From NCBI GenBank assembly GCA_012295275.1, contig CM022675.1, positions 4,092,001 through 4,156,000 on the forward strand: a stretch of DNA of 64,000 nt. The letters are read 5' to 3'. Within the stretch, counting starts at the first letter, position 1. Every line of letters starts with the position of its first letter. The translations under genes and the position numbers were made by a program. This stretch comes from Chrysomallon squamiferum (taxonomy: Eukaryota; Animalia; Mollusca). Below are positions 14,913 through 24,257 of the stretch, piece by piece. The notes beneath the pieces are model-generated. The model saw only the letters and a program-made list of their open reading frames with translations. It searched no databases and had not been told where the DNA came from.

Positions 14913-16230
14913 AAGACACACACACACATCTCTGTGTGTCTATGTGTGTGTGTGTGTGTGTTTAAAAGAAAATATAAAAAGACTAAGTACACAGAGAAAT
15001 ACAAATAAACACACGTAAAAAGAAATTAAATAGTTAAATTTAATAAAGTCTTTTACGTACCACTGCTTGGTGCTGACGAACCTGAAAACAAAATATTAAT
15101 AAATTAATTAATTAGATTATTTAAGTTAATGTTTGAAATAAATTTTAATTAAAATCACTTTGCTAAATCATATATGTATGTATATGTATGTATGTATGTA
15201 TCTATTACTATCAGTCACATATACAGAAATACATGAATATAAATATGAAGACATTCAATAAAAACAACCCCAGAAATATACATGCAACAAAGAAATAAAA
15301 ATACACACATACTCATAAAAAAACACACGAAAAGACATACAAAAAGCAAATACATAAACATGCATGCACCCACAAAACACACACACACACACACACATAA
15401 TTTTTTAACTCATTTGGTTAAAGAAGGAGATTTTAAAGTTACTTACGTGTTCTGAAAAAAGAAAAAGAAAATCAATTAATAATAATCTTTTTTCTTCAAA
15501 ATATGTCAATTTTATAAATATAATTTATAAATATAAATTACATTTACAGCTAAAAATATGAAGAATTTTAAACAGAATCTCAGGATAAAGCTTTTCTGTA
15601 ATAAAGCAGAAAATTCTTAATATATGAAAAGGAAAACATTTTCTGTATATATTTAATTAATAAATCTTTTATTACTGTTATAGTAGTAGTAGAGGAAGTA
15701 GTAGTAGTAATATCTAAGGTTATATTTTCTGATTTGTTTATCTTTGTCATTCTTTTTTTTTTTTTTTTTTTTTTTAGAGGAGTGGTTTTAAGGAGGGATT
15801 TAACAATATAAAACCTTACCCACAAGTTGCTAATGTTCCTGGGACAGTAACACATGGAAATGACGAAGGACATAAAAAACAGATTGCAGCTTCTGAAATC
15901 AACAGAAACATTTTTACAAATTACCAAGTCATTAACATTCATCTTTGGAAGTTTGGGTTTTAGAATGTCACTAACAAGCTTTACTTACTAAGGTGAAAAC
16001 ATGACCTTAAAAAGATTTCATTAGTTGAAAATTAACATTCACTTTTACTTTTTATTATATTTTTCATTATCATACTTTTTGTATAAAAAATTGCTATCAA
16101 AATTTTAAAATATAAAATAAAAATAAATATATAAATAAATGTACACACACACACAAGTATTTATTTATTTCAATACAAATTATTTACCTATTTTCTTTGT
16201 TGATGACAAATAACAATAAATGTGTGTATG

Positions 16231-16276
<46 letters not shown>

Positions 16277-19059
16277 CATGTATATTTATATATATTTACA
16301 TTCGTAACAAGAATTTCAAAAATATAACAGTCAAATCAAACACGTACTTGTATTATCTGAAGAATCATAAATGACTGGATCTACTTGTGCCATTATTCCT
16401 AGAAATGTGTTGCCAGCAGAAAACAGCAGACTGTCAAACATCTTCTGAACAGCTGCAGCAACAAATACTCGATCCCCAGAATTTGTAAAATAAACTGTAA
16501 ATTCAACATTTGTGACACCATTTCCACCATCACTGTTGAAAAAATATTTAATCTTAATGTCATTTACAAAACCAAAAAAAGCAACAAAAATTTATAATGA
16601 AAAACAAAAGAACAGGAAGAAAAAGAAAATAAAAAAAAAGATGTTTGTTTTTGAAAATTTTAATCTTGCAAAACCAATGTTAATATTAAAAATTATAATG
16701 TTACTGTTGTTTTCAATGAAAAAAAATTGAAATTAAAATTAATAAAATCAATTTTCAAACCATTTATTGTATATGCATGTTTTTTTTCTATATGCATGAT
16801 AACTTATGTTTTAATTTATATATAGATATATAAGTTAGAGCATATTTTTACACATGTGAATGCATGTGTTTTCAATGTAGAACTATTACTCATATATTTT
16901 GTAAATGTTGGTATAATGTCTTCAATGGTGTTGTTTTATTTAAGAATGATATTTTAAATATTTATTAACCAGTTAAAAAATGAATATTGCAAATAAATTT
17001 TACTACATACCTGAAGCCAGTGATGGTAACATGGTCAAAATTTGGTATCCTTTTAAATATTGCTGTTAACTAAAACCAAAAAGTGTAAAGAAAAAAAAAA
17101 GAAGCAATTATTTCAACAACATCAATGGTAATAGATCAATTTTTTAAATAACTTTTAATATTTAAAACTATTGTTAACATAAACTTCACAAAACAATTAA
17201 GTAGGGTGACATGCAGATATTTGGTTCATTTATAAAACAAAAATGAATGTCATAAAATACAAAACAGCTGTCACATTAGCAAAGTCAGTTTTAATGAAAC
17301 TTAAATTACTTTAACCAATTTCACAGGCTTTTTACTGAAAGTTCCCCACCCCAGTATTAAAAATAAATAAATAAAAAATAAAGAAATCAAATCATGACAA
17401 CTATCACCTAGATATCTGTGTGATATATAAATATATTCATTTGAGATCATAAAAACAACTTCTACAATATATATTTTTTTATTATTATTATTTTTTTTGT
17501 TTGCTAGTTTTTTGTGGGGTTTTTTAATGTCATTCAGATTAAATTTCAAATTATTCTTTGGGTTTTGGGATCTGTTCAAAATGTTTCATGACTGTGTGCA
17601 TTCATATTTAAATATAATAAAATACTACTAGACGTCTTTATATTATTATTTAACATTGGAAAGGTTTAATTTTTTAATTATTATTTTGTTTATTTATTTA
17701 TTTAGTACCGTTTACATACATTTCTTTTATTTATTTTTTTATGTTTTATATTTGTTATTCCAGATGTCCGGTGAAACTTCATTATTCCATACCATCTCAC
17801 CTGCTTTATAAAATATATCCCATCATTTGCAATTTCGAAAATAATATCTCTTAGGGTTGTTGTTTTTTTGGTGGGGTTTATGTGGGGTTTTTTGTTCTTT
17901 TTTTTTAAATAATCAAACAAAAGAATACGATGAGAAAGAATATCCTCCAGCAAAACAACCAGAATTAATAGTTTCCAAAGAGAATAAATTTGTACAGAAG
18001 TCTGTCGTCTGCTTTTATCACGCGCAAAAGTGTTTCCGGTGACCTAATTTACAGTAAACAAACTAAATAGCTATACAGCAGGAATTTAAAATTGAAAATA
18101 AATTAACAATAAAACTAATTATATTATATTATTATATTATTGCATTACATTACATTACTTTATACTGCATCACTGTTCTGGGAAACACAATAACATTTTT
18201 GGACGGCAGAATGTCCCAAGAACAAATCTATATTTTAAAATTATTTCTGTAATTATAACAAAAAGACTATACATACCACTTTCTGGGCTTTGACTTTCAT
18301 GACATTGTAGAGTGCCGAACTGGGTTGATTTAAATCTTGTGTATATTGAAATAAAAGCCCAATGTATCCTCGTACTAAAATATAATAATTATTGAATGTA
18401 AAAAGTGGTAGCCACAAATATGTAAATAAATTAATTAATATAATTATATGTATTTTCAAAGAATTCAGTCAGTTTATTTTATACATCTAGAATCTATCTA
18501 ACCAAATTTTAATAGCAATTGATAAAACCTCATTTTCCTAAATCGAGAAAAGACTTTTTTTTTTTTTAAATTGATTTAAATCCCCTCATTTTACTAAAAA
18601 AAAAATATAAATATATATATATATTTTATATATATATATATATATATTATATATATTACAGTTCGTTTCAGATTTGTAGCAACTTATTATATACATTTTT
18701 ATTTCTGCTAAGTGTTACATCGAAGGGTAATTCAGTTCGAATAGTGCCGAATTCAAATTGTAATTTGATTTTATGATAGGCATTAAGATTAACGTGATTT
18801 TAGAAAATAATAATAACTGGCGAAATATATCGAGCAGGGATTTTGCTGGAAACACAGCGAAAATAAATAATTACATATATAAATGAATAAAGAAAAAATT
18901 GAATTATAAATTAATATCACTTGTATATATAATAACCTAAATGAAAATAAAATCTGCACTTGTGGTTTCTTAAATTATTTTAGAATCAGATATTGAACAC
19001 AAAGTACTTAATTATTAACATAAAGAAAAATGCACACTGATTTCTCTGACGTACGTACG

Positions 19060-19143
<84 letters not shown>

Positions 19144-20746
19144 ACGGAAAACAAAATTAAATTTAAGAAAAATTGAATATATGCCGTTTATTTCGTGTCT
19201 CTGGACTTTACCTAACATACGAATAGCCAACATTTTTTGAATCGCGCAATGTACTAGGCGGTCCATTAAAAACCTAAAGTGAATAACGTAAAACCAACTT
19301 TAACAATGAAGTGTTTAAAAACTTTGATCGTAAGACTGACACCATTCATGAATTAATTATTATGGGTTTTGTTGGTGCTGTTGTTGTTGCTGCTGTTGTA
19401 GTTGTTGTTATTTTAAGACACTTTATGGTCGACAGTACATACTATTATTCATAGGTAACGTATCTAAACGTGACTCAATCGTCTAACAACATATTGCTCT
19501 CTCTATCAGCTAAGATTAAGTCAGAATAGTAATATAATTTAAAAACTGCAGCCCCATTAAACTGGGTTACTCTCTTTTTTTGTAGCAAAACATCTGTCCT
19601 ATACACCTTCCCAGAGAAAGTAAAGCGCGTATGAATATATCACAGAGCTGTGTCTCATACTGGAAATAGTCTGACCGATCTTTCATCTTATGTCCGCTAT
19701 AGACCGCCTTAACTTAAGTACAGACACTCCATACACACATACATACATATACACGAACGTACACATAATGAGATAGACAATTATACATACGTAAATGCAT
19801 ATAAAAATACACATACATACATACATACATACACGCATACTCAGACACACTCATGCACACACATATGCATACATAAATACATATACACATTTTCCTAAAC
19901 ATATACACACACACATGTATATATATCCTTACACATAAACACTATAGATACACATACATATATAACTTTCTAACATAAACATTAAAAAACAAAATAAACA
20001 ACTTACTTTCTGCAAGCATATTCCCAGAACCCTCTACCAGGTCTGCTGTTACGACTTGACGTTTCTGTCTGTTCAAAAATGGCTCCGCTGGCATCAGAAA
20101 ATCCGTCTCCATTTCCAGCATCATGTCTGACTCTCTGACGTAACTAGGGTACCTCTTGGGCTGCGGAGCTTTCACTTCGAAATTCTCGTTAAATCTCACA
20201 ACAGAATATTTTTTTGTATCGGTAACATTCTGCGGAACTGGGATAAGTCCGTCATTTTTCAAAAGAACTAAAATGTCGTCTTCGTTCGTCTCTTTATTGC
20301 CTGCAGTGACGACAAAGAAATAATTACGTCATATTTTGTTGTTTATTTACTTGTTGCTTGCTTTCTTTCTTTCTTTGTGCTGGGTTTTTGTTTTGTTTTT
20401 TTTGTTTTTTTTTTTGTGTGTGTGGTTTTTTTTTAGGGTGGTTGTTTGTTTGATTTTGTTTGTTTTGTTTGTTTTGTTGTTTGATTATTTGTTTATCTGG
20501 TCATTTGTTTGTTTGTTTTCCTGTAGATTCTTTATTTATTTGTGCATGTATCTGAACTATTTATTTAGTTGTATATAATGCATGGATGGCGTGATGGATG
20601 CATGATGTATGGATGGATGGATGGATGGATGAATGAATGGATGGATGGATGGACGGACACTTACCCATGGTAACGACGGAATCTTTGGCTGCGACCAGCG
20701 CGGCCAGGCACAAACACACTAACACTTGCACTCTGAGTTCACACAT
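1..20746 (-). CDS. Multi-exon mucin-like extracellular protein (MUC4/SUSD2-type SEA-NIDO-AMOP-VWD-EGF array), 30 coding exons in window, 3' end beyond left edge
   Basis: All exons hand-spliced with GT..AG boundaries and matching phases into one open frame of 4572 nt. Motifs: signal peptide [24 protein letters not shown] ([16 protein letters not shown]), AMOP (PSCPC, SCCY, YCC..C..FYELRP), VWD ([25 protein letters not shown]), repeated DIDEC/DINEC cbEGF. Confidence 0.93.
363..494 (-). CDS. Exon 29: calcium-binding EGF
   Basis: [44 protein letters not shown]. Confidence 0.93.
847..966 (-). CDS. Exon 28: EGF without the Ca-binding N-terminal motif
   Basis: [40 protein letters not shown]. Confidence 0.92.
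1582..1707 (-). CDS. Exon 27: calcium-binding EGF
   Basis: [42 protein letters not shown]. Confidence 0.93.
2159..2278 (-). CDS. Exon 26: calcium-binding EGF
   Basis: [40 protein letters not shown]. Confidence 0.93.
2634..2885 (-). CDS. Exon 25: laminin/MEGF-type EGF plus cbEGF
   Basis: [55 protein letters not shown]... Confidence 0.93.
3155..3400. repeat. Intronic dispersed repeat, copy 1 (copy 2 at ~7975-8200)
   Basis: Shared core TTGAATAAATGGGAATAGTTGCT with similar flanks (TAGGAAAA.., ..TATTTT.AAAAGTGA) in two introns. Confidence 0.6.
3436..3552 (-). CDS. Exon 24: calcium-binding EGF
   Basis: [38 protein letters not shown]. Confidence 0.93.
3875..3991 (-). CDS. Exon 23: EGF without the Ca-binding N-terminal motif
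   Basis: [38 protein letters not shown]. Confidence 0.92.
4541..4672 (-). CDS. Exon 22: calcium-binding EGF
   Basis: [44 protein letters not shown]. Confidence 0.93.
5191..5313 (-). CDS. Exon 21: calcium-binding EGF
   Basis: [41 protein letters not shown]. Confidence 0.93.
5629..5790 (-). CDS. Exon 20: EGF
   Basis: [24 protein letters not shown]...[18 protein letters not shown]. Confidence 0.92.
6120..6680. repeat. Partial tandem copies of the exon 19 / intron junction interleaved with (CA)n
   Basis: CTTCTGATCAGCTGCA occurs 4 times in the intron plus once in the exon; 6449-6561 nearly duplicates 6640-6753. Confidence 0.85.
6687..6865 (-). CDS. Exon 19: end of beta module plus EGF
   Basis: LTAMDNAG...[13 protein letters not shown]...CNCNTGWA; phase 2-1. 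Confidence 0.9.
7241..7445 (-). CDS. Exon 18: cadherin/Ig-like beta module
   Basis: [30 protein letters not shown]...GTAVWLP; phase 1-2. Confidence 0.88.
7975..8200. repeat. Intronic dispersed repeat, copy 2
   Basis: Same TTGAATAAATGGGAATAGTTGCT core as ~3155-3400. Confidence 0.6.
8395..8649 (-). CDS. Exon 17: post-VWD Cys-containing region
   Basis: WQIP...FQPVF...[18 protein letters not shown], resembling the C..D...TG segment of SUSD2/MUC4. Confidence 0.92.
9000..9216. repeat. Degenerate ~20-22 bp tandem repeat (ATCTAAACTTAC core)
   Basis: About 10 diverged units abutting the exon 16 donor. Confidence 0.7.
9217..9411 (-). CDS. Exon 16: VWD domain
   Basis: ...[24 protein letters not shown]...FDMGQT. 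Confidence 0.93.
9686..9817 (-). CDS. Exon 15: VWD domain
   Basis: [12 protein letters not shown]...VVATFSN; 132 nt, phase 1-1. Confidence 0.88.
9941..10444. repeat. 64-bp minisatellite, ~8 copies
   Basis: Unit TAATGCTGTACGGGAAGTTAAAATCATTAATAATGTAAGTAAACAGAAGTTAAAAATCATGATT starts at 9941, 10005, 10069, 10133 and onward. Confidence 0.95.
11159..11398 (-). CDS. Exon 14: VWD domain start with GDPH
   Basis: [25 protein letters not shown]...LQGRT. Confidence 0.95.
11909..12128 (-). CDS. Exon 13: AMOP domain C-terminal part
   Basis: [11 protein letters not shown]...[18 protein letters not shown]; donor G|GTAAGT. Confidence 0.92.
12614..12861 (-). CDS. Exon 12: NIDO end and AMOP start
   Basis: [11 protein letters not shown]...KCYSWY...PSCPCS...; donor AAG|GTAATA. 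Confidence 0.9.
13249..13453 (-). CDS. Exon 11: NIDO domain C-terminal part
   Basis: [28 protein letters not shown]...GNTG. Confidence 0.92.
13951..14265 (-). CDS. Exon 10: NIDO domain
   Basis: [13 protein letters not shown]...DIDLR...[12 protein letters not shown]; 315 nt, phase 0-0. Confidence 0.92.
14610..14734 (-). CDS. Exon 9: NIDO N-terminal region
   Basis: [42 protein letters not shown], typical LFPyG...DD..S..i.l...FPF start; donor GTAAGT. Confidence 0.9.
15061..15081 (-). CDS. Exon 8: 21-nt microexon (SSAPSS)
   Basis: TTTTCAG|GTTCGTCAGCACCAAGCAGTG|GTACGT; GC-rich island in an AT-rich intron, phase 1-1. Confidence 0.7.
15447..15451 (-). CDS. Exon 7: 5-nt microexon (AACAC)
   Basis: Minus strand TTTTCTTTTTCTTTTTTCAG|AACAC|GTAAGT; converts phase 2 to phase 1 and restores the frame. 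Confidence 0.7.
15820..15892 (-). CDS. Exon 6: 4-Cys linker
   Basis: TTTCAG|...GG|GTAAGG; [23 protein letters not shown]; 73 nt, phase 1-2. Confidence 0.75.
16348..16532 (-). CDS. Exon 5: SEA domain C-terminal part
   Basis: CAACAG|...|GTACGT; [32 protein letters not shown]...; phase 2-1. Confidence 0.8.
17011..17069 (-). CDS. Exon 4: SEA domain middle
   Basis: TTTTAG|...AG|GTATGT; [19 protein letters not shown]; phase 0-2 fits its neighbours. Confidence 0.8.
18277..18374 (-). CDS. Exon 3: SEA domain N-terminal part
   Basis: TTTTAG|...|GTATGT; [32 protein letters not shown] matches the SEA Y/F..dL...sS..Y pattern. Confidence 0.8.
20007..20300 (-). CDS. Exon 2: propeptide-like region with furin-type site RQKR
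   Basis: CTGCAG| acceptor, A|GTAAG donor, 294 nt, phase 1-1; contains ...[13 protein letters not shown]... Confidence 0.85.
20665..20746 (-). CDS. Coding exon 1: start codon and signal peptide (exon acceptor at 20766, 20 nt of UTR)
   Basis: ATG at 20746 followed by hydrophobic [27 protein letters not shown]; donor G|GTAAG; upstream TTTCAG acceptor. Confidence 0.85.
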
Positions 20747-21479
20747 GTTCACGTTGTTGGTAAAATCTGAAACAGAAATGATAACGTCAACGACAACGAC
20801 GACAATATGAATAACATACAGTTTCAAATGTTAAAAAGAATATGACACACAGAGATTAATATACACACATACGTATGTTAGTATGTCCGTCCTCAGCCCA
20901 AATATACATCTCTCTCTCTCTCTCTTATATAAATATATGATTTCTAACTCTCTGCAGTTTCCTTTACTCACACCTTCTCCATTTTCACGTACAAAAGTCT
21001 TAAATGTATACATGCGTTCATATTGCCAAATAAAAATAAATCTAACATACCCGTTAATAAGCGTATTAATATATTTCAACCATCACTGAAGATTAATTAC
21101 TTTTACCACACTACATCATCAAACCCTTTTTTCTTTCTTTTTCTATTTTTATTTTTTTCTTTCTCTTAAGCTGATAATATTTACATCAAGCTTCAAATTA
21201 CTTAAATTTAATCGTGGATGATCGTTTCATAATTTGGCTGGGTCAAGATAAATATTTTAACCTCCGCAAACATTACGTCAAGGTAAAAGGACACTTCTTT
21301 TTCCTTTTTTTTTTTTTATTTCTTTATTTTATTTCATTTTATTTTATTTAAATTTTATGTTATTTTAATGCATAAATATTAATATATATATTTTTTAACG
21401 ACAAATCAAGATATTGTTTCACTGTCGATACTTAATTTAGATACCGAACACGTGAGTTTTGTACAACATACATACTGCA

Positions 21480-21660
21480 GAAAAGAAGGCCGCTGACGAA
21501 GTTGCACGAGCTTACAGACTAGCAGCAAGGACTCTTTTAAATGTACTCATAAAACTACACAGTATAGCGACCCAGTGGCTAGAACGAGAAATGTCTAGTC
21601 AGCGAACCGAGTTTGGTTTGAACCATCAGACTTGAGACAGTGGTTTCCGTCATTTCATGT
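21480..21660 (-). mobile_element. Degenerate SINE-like element
   Basis: Carries the core GGCTAGAACGAGAAAT (21577), shared with several dispersed copies in the window; family assignment is from recall of gastropod tRNA-derived SINEs and is unverified. Confidence 0.4.
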
Positions 21661-21722
21661 TCTCTGCTACTCCTCATCGTTAGTTTTATTTCTGCTGCTG
21701 TTGTTGCTGCTGCTGCTGCTAC

Positions 21723-21783
<61 letters not shown>

Positions 21784-24167
21784 TTAATTCGTCGTCATCA
21801 TCACTACTAAAACCAGTACTATTATTGCTGCTGCTGCTGCTACTAAGTACCACTGGTATTACGTCTACAACTTCTACGACTCCTTCTGCTTCTACTACTA
21901 CCACTATTACACTCACTACCATTATTGCTACTTCTGCTACTATATGAGAAGGTTATCACATAAGTACAGACACCTTCAAAATAAACGGATAAAAATATAT
22001 GTGCAGAAAATACACAAATCACCTTGGAAGTGTTCGTGTCTTTACATATTTCGACGTCGCTGTTGTTGCTGGTTGTTTACGATTGTCGTAGGTGTTTCTG
22101 CTGCTTTTGACAAAGCTAATAAAATTGTACGAATCTGATAGTGTTCGGTGTTATTGTTGTTACTGTCGCTTTTGTTGTACTTATTGTTGACGTTGCTGAT
22201 GTCCCTATTGACGTTAATTATCTTTAATTCAACAAAGGTATTGGGTTTCGCTGCAGTTTTGTTGTTGCTGCTATTACTGTGGTCGGCGACGTTTCAAATA
22301 ATGATTATTATGTTTATGTTAATTATTTTCTCCTTTAGTTACGGTTTTCAACAAAAAAAAAATAAAAAAATAAAAAAAGGAAAAAAGGCTAAAACGCTAA
22401 CAACAGCTGAACATCGAGTTCAAGAGATATTAACAACAACTGAATATTAATTAGATAATACGGGTGATTAAAGACCAGACTAACTCAGGTTAAAACATGC
22501 AGGTGAGGTTACTGGGAGTGTCTATTGTCTAGTAACAACAGAGTGATTATAATACAGTGTTGGGGGGGGGTCCCTCTTCAAACCTGTTTGACGCCTTGAA
22601 ATACATATTATAGATTTTATTTAACTGTATTTTTTGTTTGTTTAGAAACTCACAATGTATATCTTTGTAATGTCCTTAACATATGAGTGACTATGTAGAT
22701 ATAGATATAGATAGATAAATGCAATACATACATACATACATATATACACACACACACACAGAGGTTATTTAATACTAATTATTTATTTCTGCGTTTCTTT
22801 TCTACTGACTTATTAAAATTACAACAGACATAAATAGAGAGAAATCATCATGCATGTATGAAATAACAAATCAGCGACATAATGTACAAGGATTATATTA
22901 ATAATTGCAGTGCAATTTAGTATGAACTCCATAACTTTCTGTAAAACGATTTTAAAAAAATACGTCTGGATAATGAACCACGCGGAATAGTTAAAAGTCA
23001 GTGGCGAGAACTTCTCAAAACTTATCAGCCGATCGACAGCCAATCTTAGCGGGAGTTAAGTAAGATATTCCCTACGTTCCGCATTCGCTAATGACGAGTC
23101 CATTTTCGTAAAATAATGTCACACAGATGTAACGAGTAGCAACGTCTCCAAGTTTCACAAAACAAATCTATAATATTATGTATAAATCGATTGCTAAGCT
23201 CTGATCAAGAGATCGTGTCAAACAAGTTTTGATCTGCCGTTTCACATTCGCGATTTCGTAACGTAATTCACTTAAACGTCCTGTGAAAGCTGAGCTATTC
23301 ACATTCCAACAATTTAATTTTGTTTTTGAATTCACAAAACAAAACGTATTTCATTTCCTAGCAGTAAATAAGTTACATTCATGATCTCTTCTTGTTCTTG
23401 ATTCTTTTTTTTTTTTTTTTTTGTATTGTTATTTAAATTAAATCTATCTTGAATCGGGAACAAAAAGGAGATAACTACTTTACTGATCGATTTGGATCCA
23501 GGTGGAAGCATACAAGTTATAAACTAACTATTCACTAGCATATTTTCACCACCCGAAAATACATTAATAAATAAATAAAACGAAATGTGTACAAACCGTG
23601 CATGCTGTGTGTGTGTCTGTGTGTTTTTATAACCAAACGTCGCGTCAGGCGATTTGAAGAAATCGACACTACCAGCAGACGGCACTCTCAAAACCGACAG
23701 CGATTGTCTCGGCTGCACGAATATTACGTACCGGACGCCGATACTTTGATTTATTTTTACACAAAGTTGTTAACTTCCAGTCACTGTTACCGAATACATT
23801 AATCAAAGATTTTTAATTATTTTTTTTTATGTCGTTTAACAAGAGGTAAGTTATTTTATCCTTAAAACATGTGATTACGCTGCACTGAAAATACTTTTTT
23901 TTCAGGTGTCGTTTTTAGTAATAGATATTTTTCTTCTTTTTAGAATCGTTGAGAAATTCTGGACTGTGGGAAAGTGCAGGTAAACAGCACCTTGCTTCTT
24001 ACTGAATAAAACAGCTTATTATATAACAGCAGCAGGTTTCCTTTCGAATTACCAGTTGTGGTTCTTAAACATAATGAATAATGCCTTGTTAACTACAGAT
24101 TACCAATATTTGAAGTTAATTCAGTAATTTCTTCCTTAACAATGATTGCTCATTGGTATACGAATAA

Positions 24168-24257
<90 letters not shown>

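Noticed and set aside
21511-21660. Possible 5' UTR exon ending at a GTAAG donor (21515)
   Set aside because: Lies within the SINE-like remnant and has no convincing acceptor or promoter; not excluded but unsupported.
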